Translations under genes and position numbers: made by a program | Shown: one piece after another, positions 49,889-61,840 of the stretch | Numbering within the stretch: position 1 is the first letter of the stretch | Layout: every line of letters starts with the position of its first letter | From: Mobula hypostoma | Taxonomy: Eukaryota | Direction of reading: 5' to 3' | DNA: 64,000 bases | Assembly: GCF_963921235.1 (NCBI RefSeq) | Contig: NC_086109.1 | Span: 8,558,001-8,622,000 of the forward strand | Notes under the pieces: model-generated | What the model saw: the letters and a program-made list of their open reading frames with translations, nothing else | Database searches by the model: none | What the model was told of the DNA's origin: nothing

Positions 49889-51904
49889 TATATGTTACCA
49901 TATACAACTTAGAGATTAATTTCCTTGCAGGCATTTACAGGAAAATAAAGAAATACAAAAAAAAACTTACACAAAAATCTACACAAACAAAGACTGATGA
50001 ACTACCAATATGCAAAAGTTGAATTGTGTGATGTGCGATAGAGAAGATACTGACATACAGATTGACAATGTAGTACATTAGCTGTGGCAAGACAGATCAC
50101 AAAGCAGTCCAACAGGTGATGAGGTGGTTCAGCGGATCATTGAGACTCAACTACTGGACCTGGAGACAATCTACAACTCTCGATGCCTACGGTGCCCTTG
50201 TGGTATCATTAAAGACCTATCCCATCCCGGACCCATCTGCCATCTGGTGGGAGATACAGAAACACCTTAGCCAAGACAATAAGATGGAAAAACAGCTTCT
50301 TCCTGAGGTCTGTTGTGCAACTGAATAAGGCTGCACCCTGGCCGGGACTACTGAAGTCATTTGTTGCATATAATTATGGGAATTTCTTTAATTAAACCAT
50401 ACCGCATGTATTGTAAATATATGTTTTGCACAGACAGAAGTAGCACAACAATCTCGTTGTCTTGAGCAATGACAATAAAGCTCTATTCTATTCTATCCAA
50501 ATAAAAAAATACAGAGAATATGAGTTATAGAGCCTTCACAGTGAGTCTGTAGGTTGTGAGATCAGTTCAGAACTGTGATGAGTGAAGTTATTCGGTTAAG
50601 AAGCCTAATGCTTGAAGGGTAATAACTGTTCCTGAACTTGGTGGTGTGGGACCGAAGGCTTCTGTACCTCAAGGGTATCTAAAATAAAACAGAAAATGCT
50701 CAATGTATTTAAAGAAAGAGAAACAGAGGAGGCATTGACCCGAAGTAATGATTATGTTTCTCCCTGCACAGATGCTGCCTGGCCGGCTGAGTTTTTCCAG
50801 CAATGTCTGTTTTACTTCAGAATTCCAGTATCTGCAGGTATATTTTTAGCTTTTTAAACTAAGGATTTTTTTCCAGTTCTTTGATCACAAACTAGATGTG
50901 GATAAACTGTCATGATTTTTAGTTTACTGTGATTAATTTATATTGCAAATTTACAACTTTACAGAATTTAGTTGCATGGTGAATATTATGCTGTTTACAC
51001 ACATTCCGGAAACCAATCCATAAACAGCAGATATAAAGTATTTTGTCTTTTTACTTGTGACAACTAAGCAACATGTTACCTCCACTGTGTATATAAATTG
51101 GTCAATTTGAAAACTAGTCTACTGTCACATGTACTGAGGTACAGTGAAAATACTAGTTTTGCACATCATCCATACAGATCATTTCACCACATCAGTGCAC
51201 CGAGGTCATACGAGGGAAAGCAATGACAGGATGCAAAATAGAGGGTTACAGAGAAAGTGCAGAGCAGGCAGACAATAAGGACATGATGAGGTAGATTGTG
51301 AGGTCAAGAGTCCATCTTAACTTACCAGGGAACAGGTTAGGATCTGTCCTTGAACTTGGTGGTGAATGTAATCAGGCTTATCTATCTTGTGCACGGGGGG
51401 AGGGTGGAGAAGAGAGAATCTCCAGATGTACATCATCTATAGATGAATGCTTGGGGTATCCTCTGAATTTGCACTAATCCAAATTGTGTGGATGGAGGAA
51501 AAATTGAACTCAATCTCAGGTCACCGTTCATCATTATTAGTGCTCATTTAAGTGCGCGTTTATCACACAGGACTTGCATTTGAAAACCATGTCCTGAAGC
51601 AATATTCTTGCTGAGTTCACAAAAAAAAAGGTCTTCTGTAAGATATGGGGAAGTTGAGTGACATATGTTCTTTACTAATGGGAGGCATTGTCATATTTCA
51701 AGGATCCTGCTTTCCAACCTCGAAGTCAGTCGGGGTTATGGCATTCCAGACAATGACAATTCTCAAGGGGGATAGATCTGAGCACGTCCCAGGGGATAAA
51801 TCCGAGCACGTCCCAGAGCTGGGACTCGATAGCTGGAACATAGGTCAGTACAGAGCAGGAAGAAGCCCTTCGGCTCTGTGCCAAACACATTGCCAAATTA
51901 AACT

Positions 51905-52620
51905 AAGCAACACATATAAAATGCTAGAGGAACTCAGCAGGTCAGGCAGCATCTATGGAGAGGAAATAACCTTATAAAGGCTCTAGTTACCTTCTAACCC
52001 CTTCACACCTGTCCATCACCTCCCCCTCATTCCCCTTCTCCTTCCCTTTCTCCATAGTTCACTGCCCTCTCCTATCAGATTCCTTCTTCTTCAGCCGTTT
52101 ACCCCTTCCACCTATCACATCCTAGCTTCTTACTTCATCCTCCTCACCTGGTATCACCTATCACTCTGCCATCTTGTACTCCTCCCCTTCCATCCATCCA
52201 CCTTCTTATTCTGGCTCCTTGCCCCCTCCTTTCCAGCCTGAAATGCTGACTGTTTAATCCCCTCCATAGGTGCTGCCCGGCACGAGTTCCCCCAGCATTT
52301 TGTATCTGTTTCTCAAGATGTCCAGCATCTACAGAATCTCTTGTGCCACTTTAAATTAATCCCTCCTGTTTGCACAAAATCCTTATCCTCCAAAGTCCCT
52401 GCACACTCAGCAACACACACAAAATGCTGGAGGAACTCAGCAGGTCAAGTAGCATCTATGGAGGGGGGAATATAAACAGTCGAAGTTCCAGGCTGAGACC
52501 CTTCATTAGGATGAAGAGCCCAAAATATTATCTGTTTATTCCCCTCTAGAGATGCTGAATTCCTTTAGCATTTTTGTGTGTTTTACACAAGATTACCAGC
52601 ATCTGCAGAATCTCTGGTGT
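51905..52620. mobile_element. Two adjacent Penelope-derived fold-back elements (about 51905-52345 and 52408-52620)
   Basis: Each begins with the AAAATGCT(A/G)GAGGAACTCAGCAGGTCA head and ends with its inverse, CAGCATCT(A/G)CAGAATCTC. Confidence 0.6.
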
Positions 52621-53090
52621 TCCTGCATGTTTATGTTTCTGGATAAAAGCCTCATGAATGAAACTACTTCCTCTTCCACCACCCCTGACAGCCCATTCCA
52701 GACACCCACCACTCTGTAAAAAACATACCCCATACATCTATAAACTTTCCCCCCTCACCTTAAACCCATGCCATCTGGTATTCGACATTTCTACCCTGGG
52801 TAAAAAGATCCTTGCTCTTTACCTTATCCATATCTCTCATAATTTTATAAACTATCCAAGTTCAAAGTAAATTTATTATTAAAGTACATACATTGCCATA
52901 TACAACTCTGAGATCCGTTTTCTTCCAGGCATGTTTAGTAAATCCAAGAAACACAATAGAATCAATGAAAGACCACACCCAACAGGACAGACAAACAACC
53001 AATGTGCAAAAGACAACAAACTGCAAATACAAAAAGAGAGAAAAGAAGAAATAATGGTAAATAGATATTGAGAACGTGAGATGAAGAGTC

Positions 53091-53466
53091 CATAAGACCA
53101 TAAGACCATAAGACAAAGGAGCAGAAGTCGGCCATTCAGCCCATCGAGTTTGCTCTGCCATGTTATCATGAGCTGATCCATTCTCCCATTTAGTCCCACT
53201 CCCCCGCCTTCTCACCATAACCTTTAATGCCCTGGCTACTCAGATACCTATCAATCTCCGCCTTAAATACACCCAATGACTTGGCCTCCACTGCCGCCCG
53301 TGGCAACAAATTCCACAGCTTCACCACCCTCTGGCTCAAAAAATTTCTTCGCCTTTCTGTTCTGAATGGGCGCCCTTCAATCCTTAAGTCATGCCCTCTC
53401 GTACTAGACTCCCCCACCATGGGAAACAACTTTGCCACATCCACTCTGTCCATGCCTTTCAACATT
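53091..53466 (-). mobile_element. Young CR1 3' fragment nested in a LINE tail
   Basis: MLKGMDRVDVAKLFP; (CATAAGAC)3 tail; GTCC repeated at the junctions. Confidence 0.85.
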
Positions 53467-55254
53467 TGTCCTTGAATGTGAGTCCTAGGTTGTGGGAACA
53501 GTTCAGTGATGGGCCACATGAGGTTGAGTGAAGTTATCCCCTTTGATTCAAAAGCCTGATGGTCGAGGGGTAATAACCGTTCTTGAACCTGGTGGCGTGA
53601 GTCCTAAAGCTCCTGTACCTTCTTTCTGATGGTAGCAGCGAGAAAAGAGCGTGTCCTGGCTGGCGGGGCCCCTGATAATGGGTATAGCTTACCCCAAACA
53701 ACGTTTCATGTAGATGAACTTAGTGGCTTTACCCATAATGGACTAGGCCATATCCACTACTTTTTGTAGGTCTTTTCATTCAAGGATATTGTTGTTTCCA
53801 TGCCAGGCCATGAAACAGACCTTTTTAAGCGTATTTACTGAGTCATGTTAGTGATGGTACATGCTGAGCAATTTGCAGTCTGGTAACTAAGAACTGGGCC
53901 TGGTGAGATGAAAAACACATATACAGGAAAGCCTGCACCAAAAGAGAATGCCTCCCGCATGTCGGAGACACAGTCGATTCACCAGTGATCAATCAGCTAT
54001 ATGCACACTTGCTACATTCTTGTAATCAATCCAACACAGTTCGCCCCTGATATTCCAGAGAAAACAATCCAGATCTGTACAACCTCTCTCATAACTAAAA
54101 CTCTAATCCAACCAGCATCAAATGAAATCATTAACTGGATGACTCTTGTATGTCCTATCAGTTTGCGGCAGTGGCCATTTACAGTTTACACCAAGAGGAA
54201 ATAGCTCTGATGAAACTTCAGTCTGCTTTTCTCTTCACAGATGCTGTCTGACCAGCTGACTATTTCCAGCACTTTCTCCTCCATTCTAGATCTTCAGCAT
54301 CTGCAGTCATTTGCTTTGTGATCTGGGGACCGGTGATAATCTGCTATGAGTTTTAAAACAATTAAAAGACCAATTTGCAATTACGTTGAATTATTAACAT
54401 AATCCGTTGCGCTGAAGCAATTCACAATAACTTCATCTGCGTTTGTGTAACAATCTCATATTTGTAGTATTTTCCCGTTTGAGCTGTTGCCATCTCCAAT
54501 TTCAACTCTGTTTCTGTCTCCCGATTATGACTTGACCTGTTTAGATTTCATGTATTTCCTGTTTATTAATCAGAAGTACAAACAACTTGTGTCAATATTA
54601 TTTTGTGACTGTATGTGCTGGATCATAACTATATGTACCGCATTGTGACTGTGCTGTGTTTGGCACCCTGGCCCCAGAGTAACGATGTATGCATGTGTAT
54701 GGCTAAATTGACAATAAACTTGAAAAGATCTTTAAAATTATGAATGGGTTGAATATGAAGCAGATGCCTTCATAAGAGAATCCAAAGACTGGAACCATCC
54801 TTTCAAAATTATCACTATTGTCCAAAAAGGTGAAACTGCTCTCCTGAGAGTGGTTAGAACAGAGAACTCACCACCACAGGAAGTTGTTGAAGTGATAAGA
54901 TCTTTACAAACGGTAACTAGATGAATACAAGAGAGAGCTGTGAGTGGAAAGGTAACCTGTAAGGTCACGTTAAGTATGGGTGGATTATATAACTAGAGCG
55001 GAGATCAATACTGGATATCCTGGCTTGATTAATTCAGCGCTCCAATTAGAATCACAGAGTAATGCAGCATAGAAACAGACCATTTGGCCCATCTCATCCA
55101 TCCCAACAACGGTGCTCAACAAGCCAAACCCATTTGCTCCTCCTTGGCCAACATCACTCTAAACCTCTCATGTCCATGCGTTTACCTCAGTGTACCTTAA
55201 ATATTATTATTATTCCTGCTTCAGCTACTTCCTTTGGCAACTCATTCTATGTAT

Positions 55255-55457
55255 ATTTTGCTCCTTTCTGCACCTTGTGGTGTATCGGGCTGCAAACTTG
55301 CTGTTTCTTTAGCACTTTGTCTGCTCTTTACGAGATTGAGTTGCTGGCTCGACGCTCAGCCCGGCACAGATGGAAAGCGCGTAAGGAGCTGGCTGGATTC
55401 GAACCCAGGACCACTGGCCTTGAAGTCCGGTGCAGGTGCCACTACACCACCGGCCAG
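55255..55457 (-). mobile_element. tRNA-derived SINE, same family as 4210-4342
   Basis: Minus-strand TGGTGTAGTGG and GGTTCGAATCC boxes. Confidence 0.7.
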
Positions 55458-55471
55458 CATAATTTGATACA

Positions 55472-57476
55472 CAGTGGATTCTGGTTAATTGGGACACATC
55501 TGGACCAGTACATTTTGGTCCAATTAAGCAGCCTCCTCAATTAACGGAAATTTCATGGAAATATTTAAAACGGTATAAAAAAGACAAACTACTGTTTAAT
55601 GGAGTAACAAATTATGTATTTAAATGAGAAACAGAACAAATTAGAGGGCAACCAAACTACTACAGTACTATAAAACTGCGTATTCATTCCGAATAGTTAT
55701 CAGCAGAGGAATTCATCCAGTATACGCTGCCATGTTCTTTTGATTGACTGTAAATGAACAAAATCAGTGTAGACATCTAGTGCAGATAATGGACTGCCTT
55801 CATACAATACTTCAACGATTGCATCCTCCAAATATTCATTTTATTGTAACATTCAAGATGATTGTTGATCATCATCATCATCAGGTGCCATGCCCAGTTT
55901 GAGCTTTGACTGCCATGGCCCACACACTCCTGTTTCGGGTCAAGTGGATCAATTCATTGGTATTCATTTCCAGTTCTTTGGCTGCTGACTCCATCATCAT
56001 TTGTCTTTGCCTTACTTTTGCTTTCTTCCCTTCAATCTTTCCCATAATTACCATGCATTCTCACTCCTCTTTCCTAATCACATGTCCAATGAAGTTACAT
56101 TGCCTTTTCATGATCTCATACATTATTTCTCTTGTTGTGCTTGCTCTGTTCATGACATCCTCGTTAGATATTCGTTTCGTCCATGATATTCTTTGCATCC
56201 TCCTCAAAAACCACATCTCTGCTGCTTCAATCCATTTCCTCATGTTACTAGATATTGTCCAACATTCTGAGCCATATAACATAACTGGATAAACATAACA
56301 ATTCTGTACTCTGAGGTGGGTTGTCACGCCTAGTTTAGTGTTCGTCAGTATACTCTTCATTCTCATAAATTTTTGCCATCCCTATTCTTCTTTTGATGTC
56401 CATGTTGTGCCTGCCATCTGATGTCACCCAGCTTCCTAAGTAGCAAAAGTTCTGTACTTGTTTCATGTCTTCCCCATTTATTCTCAGCCTGCAGATAGGA
56501 TTCTCCTTCTTTTTGGATATCACCATACATTCTGTCTTTTTACAATTGATAAATAGACCCATTTTTGCACTTTCTTCAACAACTATATCAATTAAGTTTT
56601 GTAGTTCTTCCTCCGTACTTGCAATTAACACAGTGTCATCTGCATATCTGAAATTATTGATGTTTTCACCACCAGCTTTGATTCCCAAGATGTCTCTTAT
56701 TTTTTGTAATTTTGTTTCACTGTACACATTAAACAAATCAGGGGAGAAAACACACCCTTGTCTAATGCCTCTCTTGATTTTTGTAAACTGACTCACTTCT
56801 CCATCTATTCTTACAGCGGCAGTTTGTTCCCAGTACAGATTTCTGATTAGGCGGAGGTCTTTCGAATCTAGATCGAGAGTTTCCTGTAATATTTCAAATA
56901 ACTCATTGTGCTTCACTTTATCAAATGCTTTTGTGTCGTCAATAAAACAAACAAACAAATCTTTTTGCACTTGAATAGCTCGTTCTGATAGTATCCTTAA
57001 CATCAATATTGCGTTTCTTGTACCTTTGTCTTTCACAAAACCACGTTGTTCTTTACCTATTTCAGTTTGTTGATACTTTTTTAATTCCTAACTTGTTGAA
57101 GTAGTGAAATCGTTTCATTTTCGCTCCTAGCCATTCTGGCATCTCCAAGCCCGAGTGCTTAAAACTGCAGTGACTAGATCAGTTCAAAGTTGTCTTCCTG
57201 CTTATTTCTCACCAACTATCAGTGACAAAAATCACTGCTTTTTGAATATAAACTCACGCAACTGATGCTATTTAAAAACTGTTCATCCTAAGCACGCAAC
57301 TGGCGCTAGCTAGAAATTGTTCAGCAACAGCCATCTGCCCCAATTAAACAGCAGAGTGTCCCAAACAAATGAAGGGAATCCTGGCTTTTTCCTCCATTGG
57401 CTTTTGTTCTTTAAGAGGTGTCACAAATAAGTGATACCCCGTTTAATCAATGGCCCAATTAACCAGACTCCATTGT
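55472..57476. mobile_element. pogo/Tigger-like non-autonomous DNA transposon hosting an RTE insertion
   Basis: TIRs CAGTGGATTCTGGTTAATTGGG / CCCAATTAACCAGACTCCATTG-TA. Confidence 0.7.
55870..57066 (-). mobile_element. RTE-clade LINE, 5'-truncated RT region
   Basis: FIDDTKAFDKV, GIRQGCVFSPDLFN, FRYADDTVL; (TGA)n tail; TSD TTGTTGAT (55862-55869 and 57067-57074); frameshift near 56360. Confidence 0.9.
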
Positions 57477-57695
57477 ACTTCGAGAACATAGAACAGTACA
57501 GCACAGGAAAAGGCTATTGTGCCAAGCCAACTAAGAAAACAAATCAAAAACTCCCAAACAATAATCAGAACCACAATCAGAACCAAGTTTGTTATCACTG
57601 GCATATGCCATGAAATTTGTTAACTTAGCAGCAGCAGTACAATGCAATACATGATAATACAGAAAGAAAAAAATAAGTAAATCAACTACAGTAAG

Positions 57696-57727
<32 letters not shown>

Positions 57728-57900
57728 TAATAAATAGTGACATTAAAAGTAGTGCAAAACAGAAATAATATTAAAAAAATGTGAGGTGGTGTTAAAAACG
57801 TAAACACGGGGAATTCTGTAGATGCTGGAAATTCAAGCAACACACATCAAAGTTGCTGGCGAACGCAGCAGGCCAGGCAGCATCTCTAGGAAGACGTACA

Positions 57901-60242
57901 TAGAACCATAGAACCATAGAAACTACAGCACAGAAACAGGCCTTTTGGCCCTTCTTGGCTCTGCCGAACCATTTTCTGCCTAGTCCCACTGACCTGCACA
58001 AGGACCATATCCCTCCATACACCTCCCATCCATGTATCTGTCCAATTTATTCTTAAGTGTTAAAAAAGAACCCGCATTTACCACCTCGTCTGGCAGCTCA
58101 TTCCATACTCCCACCACTCTCTGTGTGAAGAAGCCCCCACTAATGTTCCCTTTAAACTTTTCCCCCCTCACCCTTAACCCATGTGCTCTGGTTTTTTTCT
58201 CCCCTTGCCTCAGTGGAAAAAGCCTGCTTGCATTCACTCTATCTATACCCATCATAATTTTATATACCTCTATCAAATCTCCCCTCATTCTTCTAAGCTC
58301 CAGGGAATAAAGTCCTAACCTATTCAACCTTTCTCTGTAACTGAGTTTCTCAAGTCCTGGCAACATCCTTGTAAACCTTCTCTGCACTCTTTCAACCTTA
58401 TTAATATCCTTCCTGTAAGTTGGTGACCAAAACTGAACACAATACTCCAGATTCGGCCTCACCAATGCCTTATACAACCTCATCATAACATTCCAGCTCT
58501 TATACTCAATACTTTGATTAATAAAGGCCAATGTACCAAAAGCTCTCTTTACGACCCTATCTACCTGTGATGCCACTTTTAGGGAATTTTGTATCTGTAT
58601 TCCCAGATCCCTCTGTTCCACTGCACTCCTCAGTGCCTTACCATTAACCCTGTATGTTCTACGTTGGTTTGTCCTTCCAACGTGCAATACCTCATACTTG
58701 TCAGTATTAAACTCCATCTGCCATTTTTCAGCCCATTTTTCCAGCTGGTCCAAATCCCTCTGCAGGCTCTGAAAACCTTCCTCGCTGTCTACTACACCTC
58801 CAATCTTTGTATCATCAGCAAATTTGCTGATCCAATTTACCACATTATCATCCAGATCATTGATATAGATGACAAATAACAATGGACCCAGCACTGATCC
58901 CTGTGGCACACCACTAGTCACAGGCCTCCACTCAGAGAAGCAATTCTCTACCACCACTCTTTGGCTTCTTCCATTGAGCCAATGTCTGATCCAATTTACC
59001 ACCTCTCCATGTATACCTAGCGACTGAATTTTCCTAACTAACCTCCCATGCGGGACCTTGTCAAAGGCCTTACTGAAGTCCATGTAGACAATATCCACTG
59101 CCTTCCCTTCATCCACTTTCCTGGTAACCTCCTCGAAAAACTCCAATAGATTGGTCAAACATGACCTACCACGCACAAAGCCATGTTGACTCTCCCTAAT
59201 AAGTTCCTGTCTATCCAAATGCTTGTAGATTCTGTCTCTTAGTACTCTCTCCAATAATTTACCTACTACCGACGTTAAACTTACCGGCCTATAATTTCCC
59301 GGATTACTTTTCGATCCTTTTTTAAACAACGGAACAACATGAGCCACTCTCCAATCCTCCGGCACCTCACCTGTAGACAGCGACATTTTAAATATTTCTG
59401 CCAGGGCCCCCGCAATTTCAACACCAGTCTCCTTCAAGGTCCGAGGGAACACCCTTTCAGGTCGCGGGGATTTATCCACTTTAATTTTCCTCAAGACAGC
59501 AAGGACATCCTCCTTTTCAATCTGTACAGTTTCCATGATCTCACTACTTGTTTCCCCTAATTCCATAGACTTCATGCCAGTTTCCTTAGTAAATACAGAC
59601 GCAAAAAAACCTATTTAAGATCTCCCCCATTTCCTTTGGTTCCGCACATAGGCGACCACTCTGATCTTCAGGAGGACCAATTTTATCCCTTACAATCCTT
59701 TTGCTCGTAATATACCTGTGAAAGCTCTTTGGATTATCCTTCACTTTGACTGCCAAGGCAACCTCATGTCTTCTTTTAGCCCTCCTGATTACTTTCTTAA
59801 GTATTTTCTTGCACTTCTTATACTCCTCAAGCACCTGATTTACTCCCTGCTTCCTATACATTTCATACAACTCCCTCTTCTTCTTTATCAGAGTTGCAAT
59901 ATCCCTTGAGAACCAAGGTTCCTTATTCCTATTCACCTTGCCTTTAATCCTGACAGGAACATACAAACTCTGCACTCTCAAAATTTCCCCTTTGAAGGCT
60001 TCCCACCTACTGATCACATCCTTGCCAGAGAACAACCTGTCCCAATCCACGCTTTTTAGATCCTTTCTCATTTCTTCAAATTAGGACTTCTTCCAGTTAA
60101 GAACCTCAACCCTAGGACCAGATCTATCCTTGTCCATGATCAAGTTGTATCTAATGGTGTTATGATCACTGGAACCAAAGTGCTCCCCTACACAGACTTC
60201 TGTCACTTGTCCTAACTCGTTTCCTAACAGGAGATCCAATAT
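57901..60242 (-). mobile_element. Young 5'-truncated CR1 LINE
   Basis: TACA duplication (57897-57900 and 60243-60246); (CATAGAAC)n tail; ORF2 pieces at 59586-60071 and 57980-59575. Confidence 0.92.
57980..59575 (-). CDS. CR1 ORF2 reverse transcriptase domain, 531 aa uninterrupted; upstream part frameshifted and truncated
   Basis: NYRPVSLTS, QHGFVRGRSCLTNL, DFSKAFDKV, GVPQGSVLGPLLF, KFADDTK. Confidence 0.9.
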   Translation of the reverse strand: MKSMELGETSSEIMETVQIEKEDVLAVLRKIKVDKSPRPERVFPRTLKETGVEIAGALAEIFKMSLSTGEVPEDWRVAHVVPLFKKGSKSNPGNYRPVSLTSVVGKLLERVLRDRIYKHLDRQELIRESQHGFVRGRSCLTNLLEFFEEVTRKVDEGKAVDIVYMDFSKAFDKVPHGRLVRKIQSLGIHGEVVNWIRHWLNGRSQRVVVENCFSEWRPVTSGVPQGSVLGPLLFVIYINDLDDNVVNWISKFADDTKIGGVVDSEEGFQSLQRDLDQLEKWAEKWQMEFNTDKYEVLHVGRTNQRRTYRVNGKALRSAVEQRDLGIQIQNSLKVASQVDRVVKRAFGTLAFINQSIEYKSWNVMMRLYKALVRPNLEYCVQFWSPTYRKDINKVERVQRRFTRMLPGLEKLSYRERLNRLGLYSLELRRMRGDLIEVYKIMMGIDRVNASRLFPLRQGEKKTRAHGLRVRGEKFKGNISGGFFTQRVVGVWNELPDEVVNAGSFLTLKNKLDRYMDGRCMEGYGPCAGQWD

Positions 60243-60244
60243 TA

Positions 60245-60286
60245 CAGTCGACGTTTCGGGCCGAGGCCCTTCGTCAGGGCTAACTG
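60245..60286 (-). ncRNA. Minimal type I hammerhead ribozyme (predicted, core intact)
   Basis: Minus strand CAGUUAGCC-CUGACGA-A-GGGC[CUCG]GCCC-GAAAC-GUC^GACUG. Confidence 0.6.
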
Positions 60287-61000
60287 AAGGAAGAGCTAGT
60301 AAGAGATTTGAAAGTGGGAGGGGGAGGGGGAGATCCAAAATGATAGGAGAAGACAGGAGGGGGAGGGATGGAGCCAAGAGCTGGACAGTTGATTGGCAAA
60401 AGGGATATGAGAGGATCATGGGACAGGAGGCCCAGGGAGAAAGAAAGGGGGGAGGGGGGGAGAAAACCAGAGGATGGGCAAGGGGTATAGTCAGAAGGAC
60501 AGAGGGAGAAAAAGGAGAGAGAGAGAGAAAAAGAATGTGTGTATATAAATAAATAATGGATGGGGTACGAGGGGGAGGTGGGGCATTAGTGGAAGTTAGA
60601 GAAGTCAATGTTCATGCCATCTGGTTGGAGGCTACCCAGACAGAATATAAGGTGTTGTTCCTCCAACCTGAGTGTGGCTTTATCTTTACAGTAGAGGAGG
60701 CTGTGGATCGACATGTCGAATGGGAATGGGATGTGGAATTAAAATGTGTGGCCACGGGGAGATCCTGATTTCTCTGGCGGACAGAGCGCAGGTGAACCCA
60801 TGAGGTAGTGTTCATGGGTTCAATATCTATTTAGGAATCAGATGGCAGAGGGGAAGGAGCTGTTCCTGAATCACTGAGTGTGTGCCTTCAGGCTCCCGTA
60901 CCTCCTTCCTGGCAGTAACAATGAGAAGAGGACATTTCCTGGGTGATGGGGGCCCTTAATAATGGATGCCATCTTTCTCAGGCACCACTCCCAGAAGATG

Positions 61001-61840
61001 ATCCCTCCTACCTACACCATGTCCATATCCCTCCATTTCTATACACCGAAGTGCCAATCAAAACAATCTAAAGTATTTGCCTCTACCACCACACCAGGCA
61101 GTGCATTCCAGACATCTGAGTGAAAAACTTAACCCTCACATCCCCCCTGAACTTACCCCCTTTCACCTTCAATACATGCCCTCTGGTATTAGACGTTTCT
61201 ACCCTGGGAAACAGATAGTCTCTGTCTACTCTCTCTGTGCCTCTCATAATCTTTTAAATCTCTATTGGATCCCTCCTCAGCCTCCCCTGCTCCCGAGAAA
61301 ACAACCCAAGTTTATCCAGCCTCCCGTGATAGCACGTGCCCTCTAAACCAGGCGGTATCCTGGTAAGCCTCTTCTGCACCCTCTCCAAAGCCTCAACATC
61401 CTCCCTAATGGCGGGGCGACCAGAACTGTACACAATTCTCCAGATGTGGCCTAACCAGAATTTTATTAAGTTGCAACATAACCTCTTGACCTTTGAACTC
61501 AATGTCTCAACTAATAAAAGCAAGCTTTCCATAAGCCTTCTTGACGACCTTATCGAGCTGTGTAACCACTTTCAAGGAGCTATGAACCTGGATCCCAAGA
61601 TCCCTCTGCTCAGCTTGTACTGTCTTCTTGCATTTGCCCTACGGAGGTGCAACACCTCACATTTTCTGCGCTAAACTCCGTCTGCCATTCCTCAGCCCAT
61701 ATCTGCAACTGTGCTATACCACACTGTATTCTTTACCAGTCTTCTACACTATCCACAACCCCGTCAATCTTCGTATCATCCGCAAGTTTACCAATGCACC
61801 CATCTACATTTTCATCCAGGTCATTTATGTACATCACAAG
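61001..61840 (-). mobile_element. CR1 3' fragment whose extreme 3' tail is displaced to 57483-57566
   Basis: EDVEALERVQKRLTRI. The uninterrupted homolog at 23255-23400 joins AAACACTAATC directly to CCTCC. Confidence 0.8.

Larger units (their letters stand above)
57794..60800 (-). mobile_element. Penelope-like element (57794-57900 plus 60243-60800), split by a CR1
   Basis: HLRSVRQRNQDLPVATHFNSTSHSHS GIY-YIG end; TSD TGAGGT(G/A)GTGTT at 57782-57793 and 60801-60812. Confidence 0.8.

Noticed and set aside
57980..59575. Retron, DGR or group II intron reverse transcriptase
   Set aside because: The motifs, 3' tail and many decayed paralogs are typical of CR1 LINEs.
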